A DNA stretch of 30,891 bases from PVC group bacterium (GTDB lineage Bacteria > GCA-001730085 > JADFSZ01), in assembly GCA_022560555.1 (NCBI GenBank), contig JADFSZ010000003.1:1-30891 (forward strand). The letters are read 5' to 3'. The translations under genes were made by a program, and so were the position numbers. Positions 10,237 to 18,572 of the stretch are shown here, piece by piece. The notes under the pieces are model-generated. The model had not been told where the DNA came from, searched no databases, and saw only the letters and a program-made list of their open reading frames with translations. Within the stretch, counting starts at the first letter, position 1; the number at the start of each line of letters is the position of its first letter.

Positions 10237-10583
10237 ACAAGAACAAAAGACAATTTATTCGTCTGAATGCTACCGTTCGAATTGTGATCATCCCCTATGA
10301 AGTTACAGACGAAAGGCTCCTGATCAAAGATGAAAAAGATGTATCAACGAAAAACATCAGCGCCGGCGGAATTTTATTCAGGTCCAACCAAACTCTCCCT
10401 ATCAACAGCCTTGTTGAAGTGAAAATTTTTCTTCCGTCCGAACCCAATCCCATTGACGCCATCGGTGAAATCCGCCACATGAGGCGTTTGAAACAATCCC
10501 CCGAATTCGATGTCGGGATACGCTTTCTCAAGATTGCCCATGCCGATCAGGCAAAACTGCTTCAGCTCAAAAAAATTTCCTAA
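10233..10583 (+). CDS. PilZ domain protein (c-di-GMP receptor)
   Basis: 116 aa. The RxxxR motif (RQFIR) and D/NxSxxG motif (NISAGG) are both present. The start ATG overlaps the HD-GYP stop as ATGA. Confidence 0.8.
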   Translation: MNKNKRQFIRLNATVRIVIIPYEVTDERLLIKDEKDVSTKNISAGGILFRSNQTLPINSLVEVKIFLPSEPNPIDAIGEIRHMRRLKQSPEFDVGIRFLKIAHADQAKLLQLKKIS

Positions 10584-10590
10584 GATGTGT

Positions 10591-12498
10591 TCAAGAGCCG
10601 GAATACCCCATGTGGATTTCTTCAATCACCCATTCAATATCGCTGACAAGGAAAGGTTTTTGAAGAACATACAGGGACCGGTCTTTTGTTTCGTCACGTT
10701 CATTCAGCGGGGAATTACGCTTGGTTAACACAATGATCGTCGGCTTGGTTTTGATGTCCTTGGTGAGATTTCGAATGTATTCAGCATTAACAGAATCGGA
10801 GACATCTTCATCAAGGACAATGATTTTATATTTATTGGCACGTGCCATGTCTCTTGCTTCTTCACAAGACGTCGTATGATGGAGATCCACCCCTTTGTCT
10901 TCAAAGACAAGATTCCAAACCCTCAACAAATTGGAATCCGTCATGAGAAGCAAAACGGACCAGTACGCCCAATTTGGGTTCAGCCCCGAGGAGGGATGCG
11001 GATATTCGCTGACATGCGACTTAAACTTTACGAGGGTGTTTTCCTTAATCATAACCGCGCTTTCTAATTCTTTAAGAACTTTCTTAACAACGGCTTCCCC
11101 TCCCGCCTTTTCTGTTTTGGGCAAGAGAACAGCTATGCGGCCATCGGTAAAATTAAAAACACGGTCATACGTGTGCGTCACATGAAACCGCACAATACGT
11201 GTGATAAACTCCATGAAATCCGATAGGATTTCTTTAGAATATTTTCTGGATATTTCGTCCCATCCTTCACAAATAAAATCGATAACGCAAAATTTCCATC
11301 CGGTCTGAATCGATTCTTCTATTCCCTTTGAAAAACAATCATAAAACAAGATCTCCGTTTTTTGCACACGGGGCAAGCGCATAAAAACGGTCGTTCCTCT
11401 CCCTTGATTCGACTCAAGCCAAACCGTACCCCCATGGACTTCCACAAGTTTTTTAGCCATCATCATGCTTAAAGACGATTCTTTAGCGCCCTCGGATGAC
11501 ACAAGAGAAACCTTCTCGACTGTTTCAAATATGTGTTTCAGTTTTTCTTCGGAAATTCCGGGCCCACCATCACGAATCCACAGCACAACAAACCAGCCAT
11601 CGTTTTTTGCTCCCAATTCAACTTGGCCCTTTTCAGGCGTAAATTTAAGAGCATTTCTGAGAAAAGCCATAAAAATCTGTGTCAACCGTTTCATGTCCGC
11701 CGAAATATTCTCGACGTTCCCTTCAACGCGATTGGAGAGAGAGAGACCTTTCTCCTCGGCAATCAGAGTATAAGACCTCACGAGATCATCGAGAAATAGT
11801 TTTGGAGATATGTCTTCATAATACAAAGGGAAGGCTCCCGACTCGATTTTAGAAATAATGAGCAGATCATTAATCGTGGCTGACATACACTCAACATTTC
11901 GGTTAGCACTGTCCAAAAACTTAAGCTGTTCATGAGTAAGTTCTCCCGCGGTTCCGTCTGCAAGGATATTGATATTCTCACGAATAATCGTGAGGGGGGT
12001 ATGCATCTCGTGCGAAATATTTGAAATAAAATCATCTTTAGTCTCATTCAATCTTTTCAGTTCGCCAATCGATTTTTCCATTTCCATATTACGCAGGGTA
12101 AGTGTGTTTTGCAAGTCTCTTAAATTCAGCAAGGCTTTGATACGCTCAATAAATATTTGCATATTCTGGTTTTTGTTAAAAAAATCATCTACACCGGCTC
12201 TATAGGCTTCCAGGACCAGAACGTCTTCCTCGGCACGTGCCGTTAACATGAGAATAGGAATGGTTTTATATTGAGGAATGGAGCGGATTTGTTTGACAAC
12301 CAGAGGCCCGTTCTCTTTAGGCATATAATAGTCAACAACGATACAATCAACACCTTGGTCATCGAGAAGTTTAAGCGCCTCGGACCCGCTATCGGCTTCA
12401 AGCACACCAAATCCCTCTTCTTTCATCCGAAGAGATAAAAGATGCCGGCTATCTTGGTCATCATCAACAATCAATATCGTATGTTTCTTTTTGTTCAT
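10591..12498 (-). CDS. Hybrid sensor kinase: REC-HisKA-HATPase_c-degenerate GGDEF-like-REC
   Basis: ORF 10591..12567. The likely start is ATG 12498 (MNKKKHTILIVDDD), because TTGCGG-17-TATAAT lies at about 12567-12539 within the longer ORF. The H-box is SHEMHTPLT, the N-box is LRNALKFT and G1 is IRDGGPGI. The G2 region is degenerate (KESSLSMMMAKKLVEVHGG). TDGRIAVLLPKTEKAGGEAV occupies the position of GGDEFAVLLP. The C-terminal receiver-like domain has IIVLDEDV, IIVLTK and LQKPF. Confidence 0.78.
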   Translation of the reverse strand: MNKKKHTILIVDDDQDSRHLLSLRMKEEGFGVLEADSGSEALKLLDDQGVDCIVVDYYMPKENGPLVVKQIRSIPQYKTIPILMLTARAEEDVLVLEAYRAGVDDFFNKNQNMQIFIERIKALLNLRDLQNTLTLRNMEMEKSIGELKRLNETKDDFISNISHEMHTPLTIIRENINILADGTAGELTHEQLKFLDSANRNVECMSATINDLLIISKIESGAFPLYYEDISPKLFLDDLVRSYTLIAEEKGLSLSNRVEGNVENISADMKRLTQIFMAFLRNALKFTPEKGQVELGAKNDGWFVVLWIRDGGPGISEEKLKHIFETVEKVSLVSSEGAKESSLSMMMAKKLVEVHGGTVWLESNQGRGTTVFMRLPRVQKTEILFYDCFSKGIEESIQTGWKFCVIDFICEGWDEISRKYSKEILSDFMEFITRIVRFHVTHTYDRVFNFTDGRIAVLLPKTEKAGGEAVVKKVLKELESAVMIKENTLVKFKSHVSEYPHPSSGLNPNWAYWSVLLLMTDSNLLRVWNLVFEDKGVDLHHTTSCEEARDMARANKYKIIVLDEDVSDSVNAEYIRNLTKDIKTKPTIIVLTKRNSPLNERDETKDRSLYVLQKPFLVSDIEWVIEEIHMGYSGS

Positions 12499-12605
12499 AA
12501 GAAAATCGATTTTCCCATTGAATAACCCCGTCGAAAACATTATACTATTCGAGTGAATATCCCGCAATACATGTTGACAAAAATATGCCGGCCTCTCAAG
12601 GCAAA

Positions 12606-13298
12606 ATGCCTATGATGACCGTCAGCGTGATTATCCCCGTCTACAATGAAGCCCCAACGATCCAAGTGCTTATTGAAAAGGTTAAAGCAACGTCCACGGC
12701 CCATGAAATCCTGATTGTGGATGACGGATCCACCGACAACACTCCGGATATTTTAAGCTCCTATCAAAATGACTCTTTAATCAAAGTTTTTCGATTGGCG
12801 AAAAACTCCGGGAAGGGATCAGCTCTAGCCGAAGCGTTTCGGCACGCGAAGGGGGACATCCTGCTCATCCAGGATGCCGATTTAGAATACGACCCGCAAG
12901 ATTACCCAAAACTTATCGAGCCCATCCTATCAGGTCAAGCGGATGTGGTTTATGGATCCCGTTTTCTCGGAGACCCCCATCGCGTCCTCTACTTTTGGCA
13001 CTATCTCGGGAATAAATTCCTCACAACGTTATCAAACATAATGACAAATCTTAATTTAAACGATATGGAAACAGGCTATAAGGTTTTTAAGAAAGAATGC
13101 GTTCAAAATCTGACTGTGCGGTCAAAACGTTTTGGGATAGAACCTGAACTCACGGCAAAATTTGCCAAAGGCAAGTGGAGAATTTTTGAAACGGGTATTA
13201 GCTACGCCGGACGAACATATAGTGAAGGGAAAAAGGTTACGTGGAGAGACGGATTCGCGGCCGTCTTTACAATTTTATGGTTTCGCTTTTTTGATTAA
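12606..13298 (+). CDS. Family 2 glycosyltransferase (polyprenol-phosphate sugar transferase-like)
   Basis: ORF 12585..13298. The start is probably ATG 12606 (MPMMTVSVIIPVYNE), which has AAGG upstream. GT2 motifs are VSVIIPVYNE, VDDGSTD and QDADLEYDP (DxD). Confidence 0.85.
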   Translation: MPMMTVSVIIPVYNEAPTIQVLIEKVKATSTAHEILIVDDGSTDNTPDILSSYQNDSLIKVFRLAKNSGKGSALAEAFRHAKGDILLIQDADLEYDPQDYPKLIEPILSGQADVVYGSRFLGDPHRVLYFWHYLGNKFLTTLSNIMTNLNLNDMETGYKVFKKECVQNLTVRSKRFGIEPELTAKFAKGKWRIFETGISYAGRTYSEGKKVTWRDGFAAVFTILWFRFFD

Positions 13299-13787
13299 TT
13301 GAACCATTTGTATCACAGCATCCACAGCCTGAATAGGATCTTGAAACTGAGGAATATCGATAAATGTTGCGTCTGGTTTTTGTATACGCCATGTTCCTAA
13401 CCCCACCAAAGGGATTCCGTATAAAAGACAGGTCGATATTTCCGATAAGGTCCCCAATTTTCCGTCAATGGCCAAAACAGCATGGCTTGATTGAACCACA
13501 ACCATGTTTCTCGCGTGCCCCAAACCGGTGACAATCGGAATATCAATATAAGGATTCGCGTCCTCCATTTGAGATCCCGGTAATATTCCGATCGTGAGGG
13601 CCCCTGCGTCTTTCGCGCCCCGTGCGGCTGCCTCCATAACACCTTTCAAGGCCCCGCACACAAGAATCGCGCCTCGGTGTCCAATGGCTTGTCCTACCAT
13701 ATAAGCGGCCTCAAGAACAGACGCCTCGGCTTCGCTCGCGCCAATGACGCCAATCTTTAACTTCGAACGGGTGTTAGACTCATTCAT
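13275..13787 (-). CDS. TIGR00725 / LOG-like (SLOG superfamily) Rossmann-fold protein
   Basis: 170 aa. KIGVIGAS...LVCGALKGVMEAAARGAKDAGALTIGILPG...PIVTGLGHARN...AIDGKLGTLSEI matches the LOG/TIGR00725 pattern as I remember it. Its 3' end overlaps the convergent GT2 gene by 24 nt. Confidence 0.65.
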   Translation of the reverse strand: MNESNTRSKLKIGVIGASEAEASVLEAAYMVGQAIGHRGAILVCGALKGVMEAAARGAKDAGALTIGILPGSQMEDANPYIDIPIVTGLGHARNMVVVQSSHAVLAIDGKLGTLSEISTCLLYGIPLVGLGTWRIQKPDATFIDIPQFQDPIQAVDAVIQMVQLIKKAKP

Positions 13788-13792
13788 TTTTT

Positions 13793-14239
13793 CTAACGAA
13801 TTTTTGCGGAAATGGGCATAAGAATCGTTCCGTTTTGATAGCTTGGACCGCCAACCACCACGATTCCGCCATTAGCAAGTTGAAGAATCATATTAAGTTT
13901 GTACTTGGAAGCTTTTTCCATCCAGATCTTAACCTTTATCATGCTTCCGTCATAAGATTCCGGCTGAATATACATTTTCCCGCCATTAGGAATAGAAATT
14001 TGACTGATATCTTTAAAACCAACCGAGAATTGTTTTCGATCAAGAAGCTCCAAACTGTCAAACGGTAAATCTTGTCCGATAGAATGGATACGCGGATCAC
14101 GCCCCGTGTGGTCATTGGACGCATAAATGATGTCCACATCCAGATGCACTTGCGCGGCCAAAAGAGCGTCCATACAAGCGGCCTCGAGCCCGAGCAATAA
14201 ACAAAATACGAAAAAAAGGTTCCTCAAAACGTTCATCAT
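13793..14239 (-). CDS. Secreted hypothetical protein (signal peptide), third gene of the ECF operon
   Basis: 148 aa. The N-terminal hydrophobic signal is MMNVLRNLFFVFCLLLGLEAA. I recognise no motif. The start abuts or overlaps the stop of the upstream gene. Confidence 0.5.
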   Translation of the reverse strand: MMNVLRNLFFVFCLLLGLEAACMDALLAAQVHLDVDIIYASNDHTGRDPRIHSIGQDLPFDSLELLDRKQFSVGFKDISQISIPNGGKMYIQPESYDGSMIKVKIWMEKASKYKLNMILQLANGGIVVVGGPSYQNGTILMPISAKIR

Positions 14240-14835
14240 ACCCTTCCCGAAAAATCAACATCCCTCAGCGGCTTAACAACAGCTATGTCTCTACTATGAA
14301 AACCAAAAGAATGAATGGGTTTTAGGTTTTTGTCATCTTCTAAGTTTTTATTCATGACAGGATCCGGGTTTTCCTGAAGCCAAATATATGTTAAACCATC
14401 ATCTGTCCCCTTGAAAATCATAACATGATTTGTTCTATTTTCCAAATATTCTACATAACATTCATTTGCTACGTTCACAGAAGCTTTATGTTCAAAAAAA
14501 TTATAGGTCCCCACCACCATGAGACAAAGGACACACATCACAAGACCCGCGCGCCAACTTAAAACCTTTTTTCTGACAAGAGACACGAGACTTTCCTTTT
14601 GCCCTAAATCGGCACGAATGGATTCCCAAAGATACTGTGTCGGACGTTCAGCCATTTCGCGATCAATAGACTCCTTAATCGAAAGACGTACAGACTGAAA
14701 AAAACGGGCTGTTTTATACCGCAAGGGGTTCTCCTCTAGCTCTTTCTCCCCTAGGGATCCCTCAATCGGCGGCATGGTGTCTTCCAAATACCTTTCGAGT
14801 TCACGTCTATCCCATTGTTTTCTTCTAAATTTCAT
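14236..14835 (-). CDS. Putative single-pass membrane anti-sigma factor
   Basis: It lies immediately downstream of, and overlaps, the ECF sigma gene. It has a cytoplasmic N-terminal region, one TM segment (AGLVMCVLCLMVVGTYNFF) and an extracytoplasmic C-terminal domain. The call rests on position and topology only. Confidence 0.5.
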   Translation of the reverse strand: MKFRRKQWDRRELERYLEDTMPPIEGSLGEKELEENPLRYKTARFFQSVRLSIKESIDREMAERPTQYLWESIRADLGQKESLVSLVRKKVLSWRAGLVMCVLCLMVVGTYNFFEHKASVNVANECYVEYLENRTNHVMIFKGTDDGLTYIWLQENPDPVMNKNLEDDKNLKPIHSFGFHSRDIAVVKPLRDVDFSGRV

Positions 14836-15370
14836 AAAAATCATCTCCTAAAACGTTCACAACTTTTCGGCGCGCATAATAAAGGCGGCTCATCACGGTC
14901 CCCATAGAACAGTTGAGAACCTTGGCAATGGAATCATAATCTAGTCCCTGGATCTCCCTCAGGACAAGGATCCGGCTGTGTTTTTTACCAATCTGGGATA
15001 GAGCTTGGTAAAATCTTTCAACAAGTTCTTTATTTTCAATTTGAGATTTTGGGTCAACTTTTGATGCTAGGGGCAATGATTCATCCAAACTCACTTTTTT
15101 TTCCCGGCGGCGTTTTCTATATTGGTCAATGCCCGCGTTGACGGCAACACGATACAACCAGCTTGCCAAGTGAATCCCCGTGTCCATCTTTGGTAGCCGT
15201 TGATAGAGTTTCAGGAAGATATCTTGAGAGATGTCTAAAGCATCCTCTCGACTCCTAAGAACGCCAAACAGCGCGCGATATACCCGATCCTTATGAGCTT
15301 CAACAATCATCCGGAATGCCTCCCTATCCCCCTTTGAGGCACGAAGAAGAAGTTCTTTGTCGTTAAACAC
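14825..15370 (-). CDS. ECF-type RNA polymerase sigma factor (sigma-70 family, group 4)
   Basis: 181 aa with a GTG start and AAGGAG 8 nt upstream. The region 2 pattern is DISQDIFLKLYQRL...WLYRVAVNAGIDQYRKRRR. The region 4 pattern is ILVLREIQGLDYDSIAKVLNCSMGTVMSRLYYARRKV. Confidence 0.88.
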   Translation of the reverse strand: MFNDKELLLRASKGDREAFRMIVEAHKDRVYRALFGVLRSREDALDISQDIFLKLYQRLPKMDTGIHLASWLYRVAVNAGIDQYRKRRREKKVSLDESLPLASKVDPKSQIENKELVERFYQALSQIGKKHSRILVLREIQGLDYDSIAKVLNCSMGTVMSRLYYARRKVVNVLGDDFYEI

Positions 15371-15394
15371 TTTTGAGAACTCCTTTTTATATAA

Positions 15395-15421
15395 GTAACG
15401 TGTATCTTAATATTTTATTCA
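15395..15421 (-). promoter_or_regulatory. Candidate ECF-type promoter (TTGAAT-16 nt-CGTTA) for the ECF operon
   Basis: The minus strand reads TTGAAT (15421-15416), 16 nt, then CGTTA (15399-15395). This is about 25 nt upstream of the GTG start and resembles AAC/CGT-type ECF promoters. The 10-bp palindrome GTTTCGAAAC (15427-15436) sits just upstream. Confidence 0.3.
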
Positions 15422-15502
15422 ACACCGGTTTCGAAACAGGAGGGCTTATCAAGCATAAGTATTTGAAGACATAAGGATTAAGAAGAAATTAATCCCCTCT
15501 TA

Positions 15503-15539
15503 AAAAACAAAAGGAAGGACCGATATTGGGGTCCTTCCC
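15503..15539 (-). terminator. Rho-independent terminator after the small Lys-rich protein gene
   Basis: The minus strand reads GGAAGGACC-CCAATATC-GGTCCTTCC, a perfect 9-bp GC-rich stem, followed by TTTTGTTTTTT. A second hairpin, GGATTAA-N7-TTAATCC, lies at 15474-15494. Confidence 0.8.
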
Positions 15540-15562
15540 TGAGAAAAATCATTTTTCATCCA

Positions 15563-15730
15563 TTATTTCTTTTTACGTGAAGCTTTCTTTTTCTTCTTTG
15601 CTTTGGACTTTTTCTTTTTCTTTTGTCCTCCGCGGGCCATTTTCGCTCTTGAGATATCGCCTTGGGAATCCACAAAATACAGATAACCCGGTTCTTTTTT
15701 AATGCCTACTTTAGCCACTTTCTGCGCCAT
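15563..15730 (-). CDS. Small basic protein with a poly-lysine C-terminal tail (55 aa)
   Basis: ORF 15563..15751. The likely start is ATG 15730 (MAQKVAKVGIKKEPGYLYFVDSQGDISRAKMARGG...), preceded by GAAGGGGGG. The C-terminal 21 residues are QKKKKKSKAKKKKKASRKKK. A strong terminator follows. Confidence 0.6.
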   Translation of the reverse strand: MAQKVAKVGIKKEPGYLYFVDSQGDISRAKMARGGQKKKKKSKAKKKKKASRKKK

Positions 15731-15814
15731 TCTAATCCCCCCTTCCGTCAATAAATTATTGTCTCTTTTCCTTGTAAAAACTTACCAAGCCAATCATAAA
15801 AAACGATGAAATCC

Positions 15815-16159
15815 TTAAAGCTCATTTTGCAAATGAACATAATCATCGATAACAGCCAAATCTTTTTCGGAAATATTCGTAAAAAAAACACCGGTATCAT
15901 AACACTCTAAGGAAGACTCGCGGACACGATCACATCTAACAACAACGCCTTCACACGAAATTTTTGAAGTTTTTTTCCTCGACACAGGTAGCTCTAATTC
16001 TACCATAACTTTTTTCATGTACGTGATGGGCTGATCGACTTGACAATAGATGCCGGATGTGCTGATATTTTTAACATCTGTGATAATCTTTGATGATTGC
16101 CCCGAAAGGTTAATCTTAAAGTCGCCTGATTTACGTTTCTTTTTTCTTCTCTCGGCCAT
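15815..16159 (-). CDS. PilZ domain protein (c-di-GMP receptor)
   Basis: 114 aa. RxxxR lies within RRKKKRK and D/NxSxxG is NISTSG. A purine-only tract of more than 25 nt lies upstream of the ATG. Confidence 0.75.
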   Translation of the reverse strand: MAERRKKKRKSGDFKINLSGQSSKIITDVKNISTSGIYCQVDQPITYMKKVMVELELPVSRKKTSKISCEGVVVRCDRVRESSLECYDTGVFFTNISEKDLAVIDDYVHLQNEL

Positions 16160-16347
16160 TCTTTTCTTTTTCTCTTCTCACCCTCTATTGTTGAATGTGA
16201 ATGTTAACATAGCACCGTCGGAACTGTCAACGACTTTTTAGCTCATTTACGCTGGCCAAAAATGTTAACGGAACCAATATCCAAAAACGATTCACCGGAA
16301 ACATCCTCTTAAAACCCAAATACGGTTTAAAATTATATGACACTTAT

Positions 16348-18204
16348 TTACGAAACTAAATTTTCAACTCCATCCAACGGAGGAACGTTTTCATAGCGCA
16401 GTTGTCTATAAATTTCTTTAGCGCTCTCTAAGAGGCCCTTTTCCTTGTGGGCCCGAGCTAGTTGAAGCAAAATCCATCGCGTAAGCGAAGAATCAGGATG
16501 GATTTTGAGAAATAAATTGTAAACAGAAATGCTTTTATCAAAACGGTTTAGATCAAAGGAGACCTCCCCCATCCTCAAAAGAAGAGTTTTTTTCAAAAAC
16601 GTGTCCTCCTGATCTTGGGCGCCCACCCACGCGAGCTCATAGTGCCGAAGAGCACTCTCGAGCGTTTTCTGGGATTTGTGAATATCTCCACACGCCATGT
16701 GCAATTCTATTTGTTCGCCCCATGTCATAGCCGGATCCTCCAGGAGTGCTTGATACACCTGAAGAGCCCGAGGGGTTTCCCCGCGGAATTGATATATTTG
16801 ACCTAAGGCTTTTTTCACGTCTCCCGGCAAGCTCATAAAAGGGCGCTCTTGGCTATAACGCACAAATTTTTCTATATCTTGCGGCGGAATCGAGGGCAAG
16901 CCTTTATGGAGGATTTCCCCTCCCAAAAGCTTGAGAAGTACCATCGTATCCACCTCGCTATCCCGGATATCTCTTTGCAAGGCCCCCATCACCATCTTCG
17001 CTTGAGAAAAGAGCCTCATATCCGTATAAGCTTCTATGAGCTTACGATATGCACGCCCACGTTCCTCCTCGTCCGTCACGAGCTCATACTCAAGAGAGGC
17101 TTCGATATTCCACAAAGCGAGTAAAGATCGATCCTCTTTTTGCCAAATCCGATTCATCGCTTGAATCACGACCAACGATTGTTCTTGATTCGGGGCTGTC
17201 GAAAGAAATCTCTCAAACATCGTAATCGCCTTCGTCGGCTCACCAAGGGCCGAATAAGCTTGTCCAAGGTAATAGGTAAGTCCTGCAGGATCTGCTTGGT
17301 TTAGCTCGATTTTTGCCAAACACAACTTGATCACATCAGAATATTTCTCACGATTCAGATAAGTTTCGACCAAAAAACCAAATATTTGTTTCAATACAGT
17401 CGCGTTAACATGCTGATTTTTCATGACCTCATAGAGTTTATTCATTTCATCAATGCTCCCCATGAAACAATGATTCTTAGCAATTTGAATGAGGACGTCA
17501 TTCACACGAGGGCTTTTGGGGAATCTATCTATGAGCTCGTAATATGTGTCAATGGCCAATTGATGTTGTCCAAGACGCGTATACCCAAGAGCCAGGCCTC
17601 GTAGTTCAGCCTCAAGACCACCCGAATCCGGAGCATGACTACCTTTAAGATGATGATCGGCCGGAAAAATAATTATCTTTGAATCCTCCCTTTTATAGAA
17701 ACATCCGATCGGATTTAGGATGAGTTGTATAAGGTCTTTTAAAACATAGATGCCCTCGGACAGCTGAATAGGGGTTTTCAAAAAGTCGCTCTCGATCGCG
17801 TCATCGATCATAATATCGAGAGATGTTTTTGTTTTTAAGAGTCCCAAGAACTCTCCTAATGTCGACACATAGGCTTGATAATAAACTTTTTTCTCAAACA
17901 CATCTTGGGCTTTATCCGCGGGATCCAACATATCCCCTTCGGCCCCTAACTCCTCCGGGAGGGAAGGTTCTTTTTTGATTTGGGACGGCTCTTTCTTGGG
18001 TGAATCCGGGACAAGGGAATCCTGGAATTCATAAATCAGAACATTCTGAACTTCCTTTTTTATATTCTTCATTTTTAAATTGAGACGGTCGATGTCTTCC
18101 CTGAGCGTTTGGGCATAAACGTTTTGATGAAAAATTATCAATAGTATTACAAAAAAACTTCGTGAGAAAAAAATTTTGAAACCCGGGTTCATGACATTTT
18201 CCAT
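16348..18204 (-). CDS. Secreted TPR-repeat protein, possibly with an N-terminal STN/secretin-N-like domain
   Basis: 618 aa. The signal peptide is FFVILLIIFHQNVYA-QT. Residues around 100-190 (LGEFLGLLKTKTSLDIMIDD...LKDLIQLILNPIGCFYKREDSKIIIFP) resemble STN-type domains. The remainder consists of repeated TPR-like helical pairs. The alternative start at ATG 18192 forms ATGA with the upstream stop. Confidence 0.75.
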   Translation of the reverse strand: MENVMNPGFKIFFSRSFFVILLIIFHQNVYAQTLREDIDRLNLKMKNIKKEVQNVLIYEFQDSLVPDSPKKEPSQIKKEPSLPEELGAEGDMLDPADKAQDVFEKKVYYQAYVSTLGEFLGLLKTKTSLDIMIDDAIESDFLKTPIQLSEGIYVLKDLIQLILNPIGCFYKREDSKIIIFPADHHLKGSHAPDSGGLEAELRGLALGYTRLGQHQLAIDTYYELIDRFPKSPRVNDVLIQIAKNHCFMGSIDEMNKLYEVMKNQHVNATVLKQIFGFLVETYLNREKYSDVIKLCLAKIELNQADPAGLTYYLGQAYSALGEPTKAITMFERFLSTAPNQEQSLVVIQAMNRIWQKEDRSLLALWNIEASLEYELVTDEEERGRAYRKLIEAYTDMRLFSQAKMVMGALQRDIRDSEVDTMVLLKLLGGEILHKGLPSIPPQDIEKFVRYSQERPFMSLPGDVKKALGQIYQFRGETPRALQVYQALLEDPAMTWGEQIELHMACGDIHKSQKTLESALRHYELAWVGAQDQEDTFLKKTLLLRMGEVSFDLNRFDKSISVYNLFLKIHPDSSLTRWILLQLARAHKEKGLLESAKEIYRQLRYENVPPLDGVENLVS

Positions 18205-18572
18205 AAAAGATGTTTTTCAATATGCCCAACACCGGAGGAAAATTTTTGGATCCCGTCTTCAAGGGAAGCAACTATCTCGATCATTTGAGATAGACCGCAA
18301 ATCCGAAAAACATTGTGAAGTTTTTCCTGGACTCGAATCATTTTAATATCCCCACCGCTCTTTCGAAAAACCTCCGACAAACGCAAAATCACCTTCATTC
18401 CTTTCGTGGACATACCTTCGAGATCTTCGCAATCTAAAATCACACAATACTTACCTTCCTTTTGCAATTGGCCAAGAAAGGTTTCAAGTTCCTGACACTC
18501 CCCTAAAACCACGTCCCCTTTGAGCGTGACAACCATGAGGTGATTTATTTTCTTTTTCTTAATGTTAAACAT
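18189..18572 (-). CDS. STAS domain protein (anti-sigma-factor-antagonist-like), second copy
   Basis: ORF 18189..18593. The start is ATG 18572 (MFNIKKKKINHLMVVTLKGDV), with GGAGAG 5 nt upstream, and it overlaps the upstream stop by 8 nt. It has STAS topology, with GMSTKGMKVIL at the position of DSSGLG. Confidence 0.72.
   Translation of the reverse strand: MFNIKKKKINHLMVVTLKGDVVLGECQELETFLGQLQKEGKYCVILDCEDLEGMSTKGMKVILRLSEVFRKSGGDIKMIRVQEKLHNVFRICGLSQMIEIVASLEDGIQKFSSGVGHIEKHLLWKMS

Noticed and set aside
13275-13298. A 24-nt convergent 3' overlap between the GT2 gene and the TIGR00725-like gene.
   Set aside because: The geometry is real but such overlaps are common in compact genomes. There is no evidence of regulatory significance.
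16200-16269. Two copies of AATGTTAAC (16200-16208 and 16261-16269), each containing or nearly containing the TGTTAACA palindrome, lie upstream of the second PilZ gene.
   Set aside because: This is only a 9-bp AT-rich match seen twice, so it could easily be chance. I could not define a promoter relative to them.
16227-16304. A 25-aa hydrophobic minus-strand ORF (MFPVNRFWILVPLTFLASVNELKSR) lies between the TPR and PilZ genes, with a TATAAT at 16332-16337 upstream.
   Set aside because: GAGG abuts the ATG with zero spacing. There is no convincing -35, and no terminator or structure supports it. Short ORFs like this arise by chance in AT-rich spacers. It is much weaker than the 27183..27269 case.
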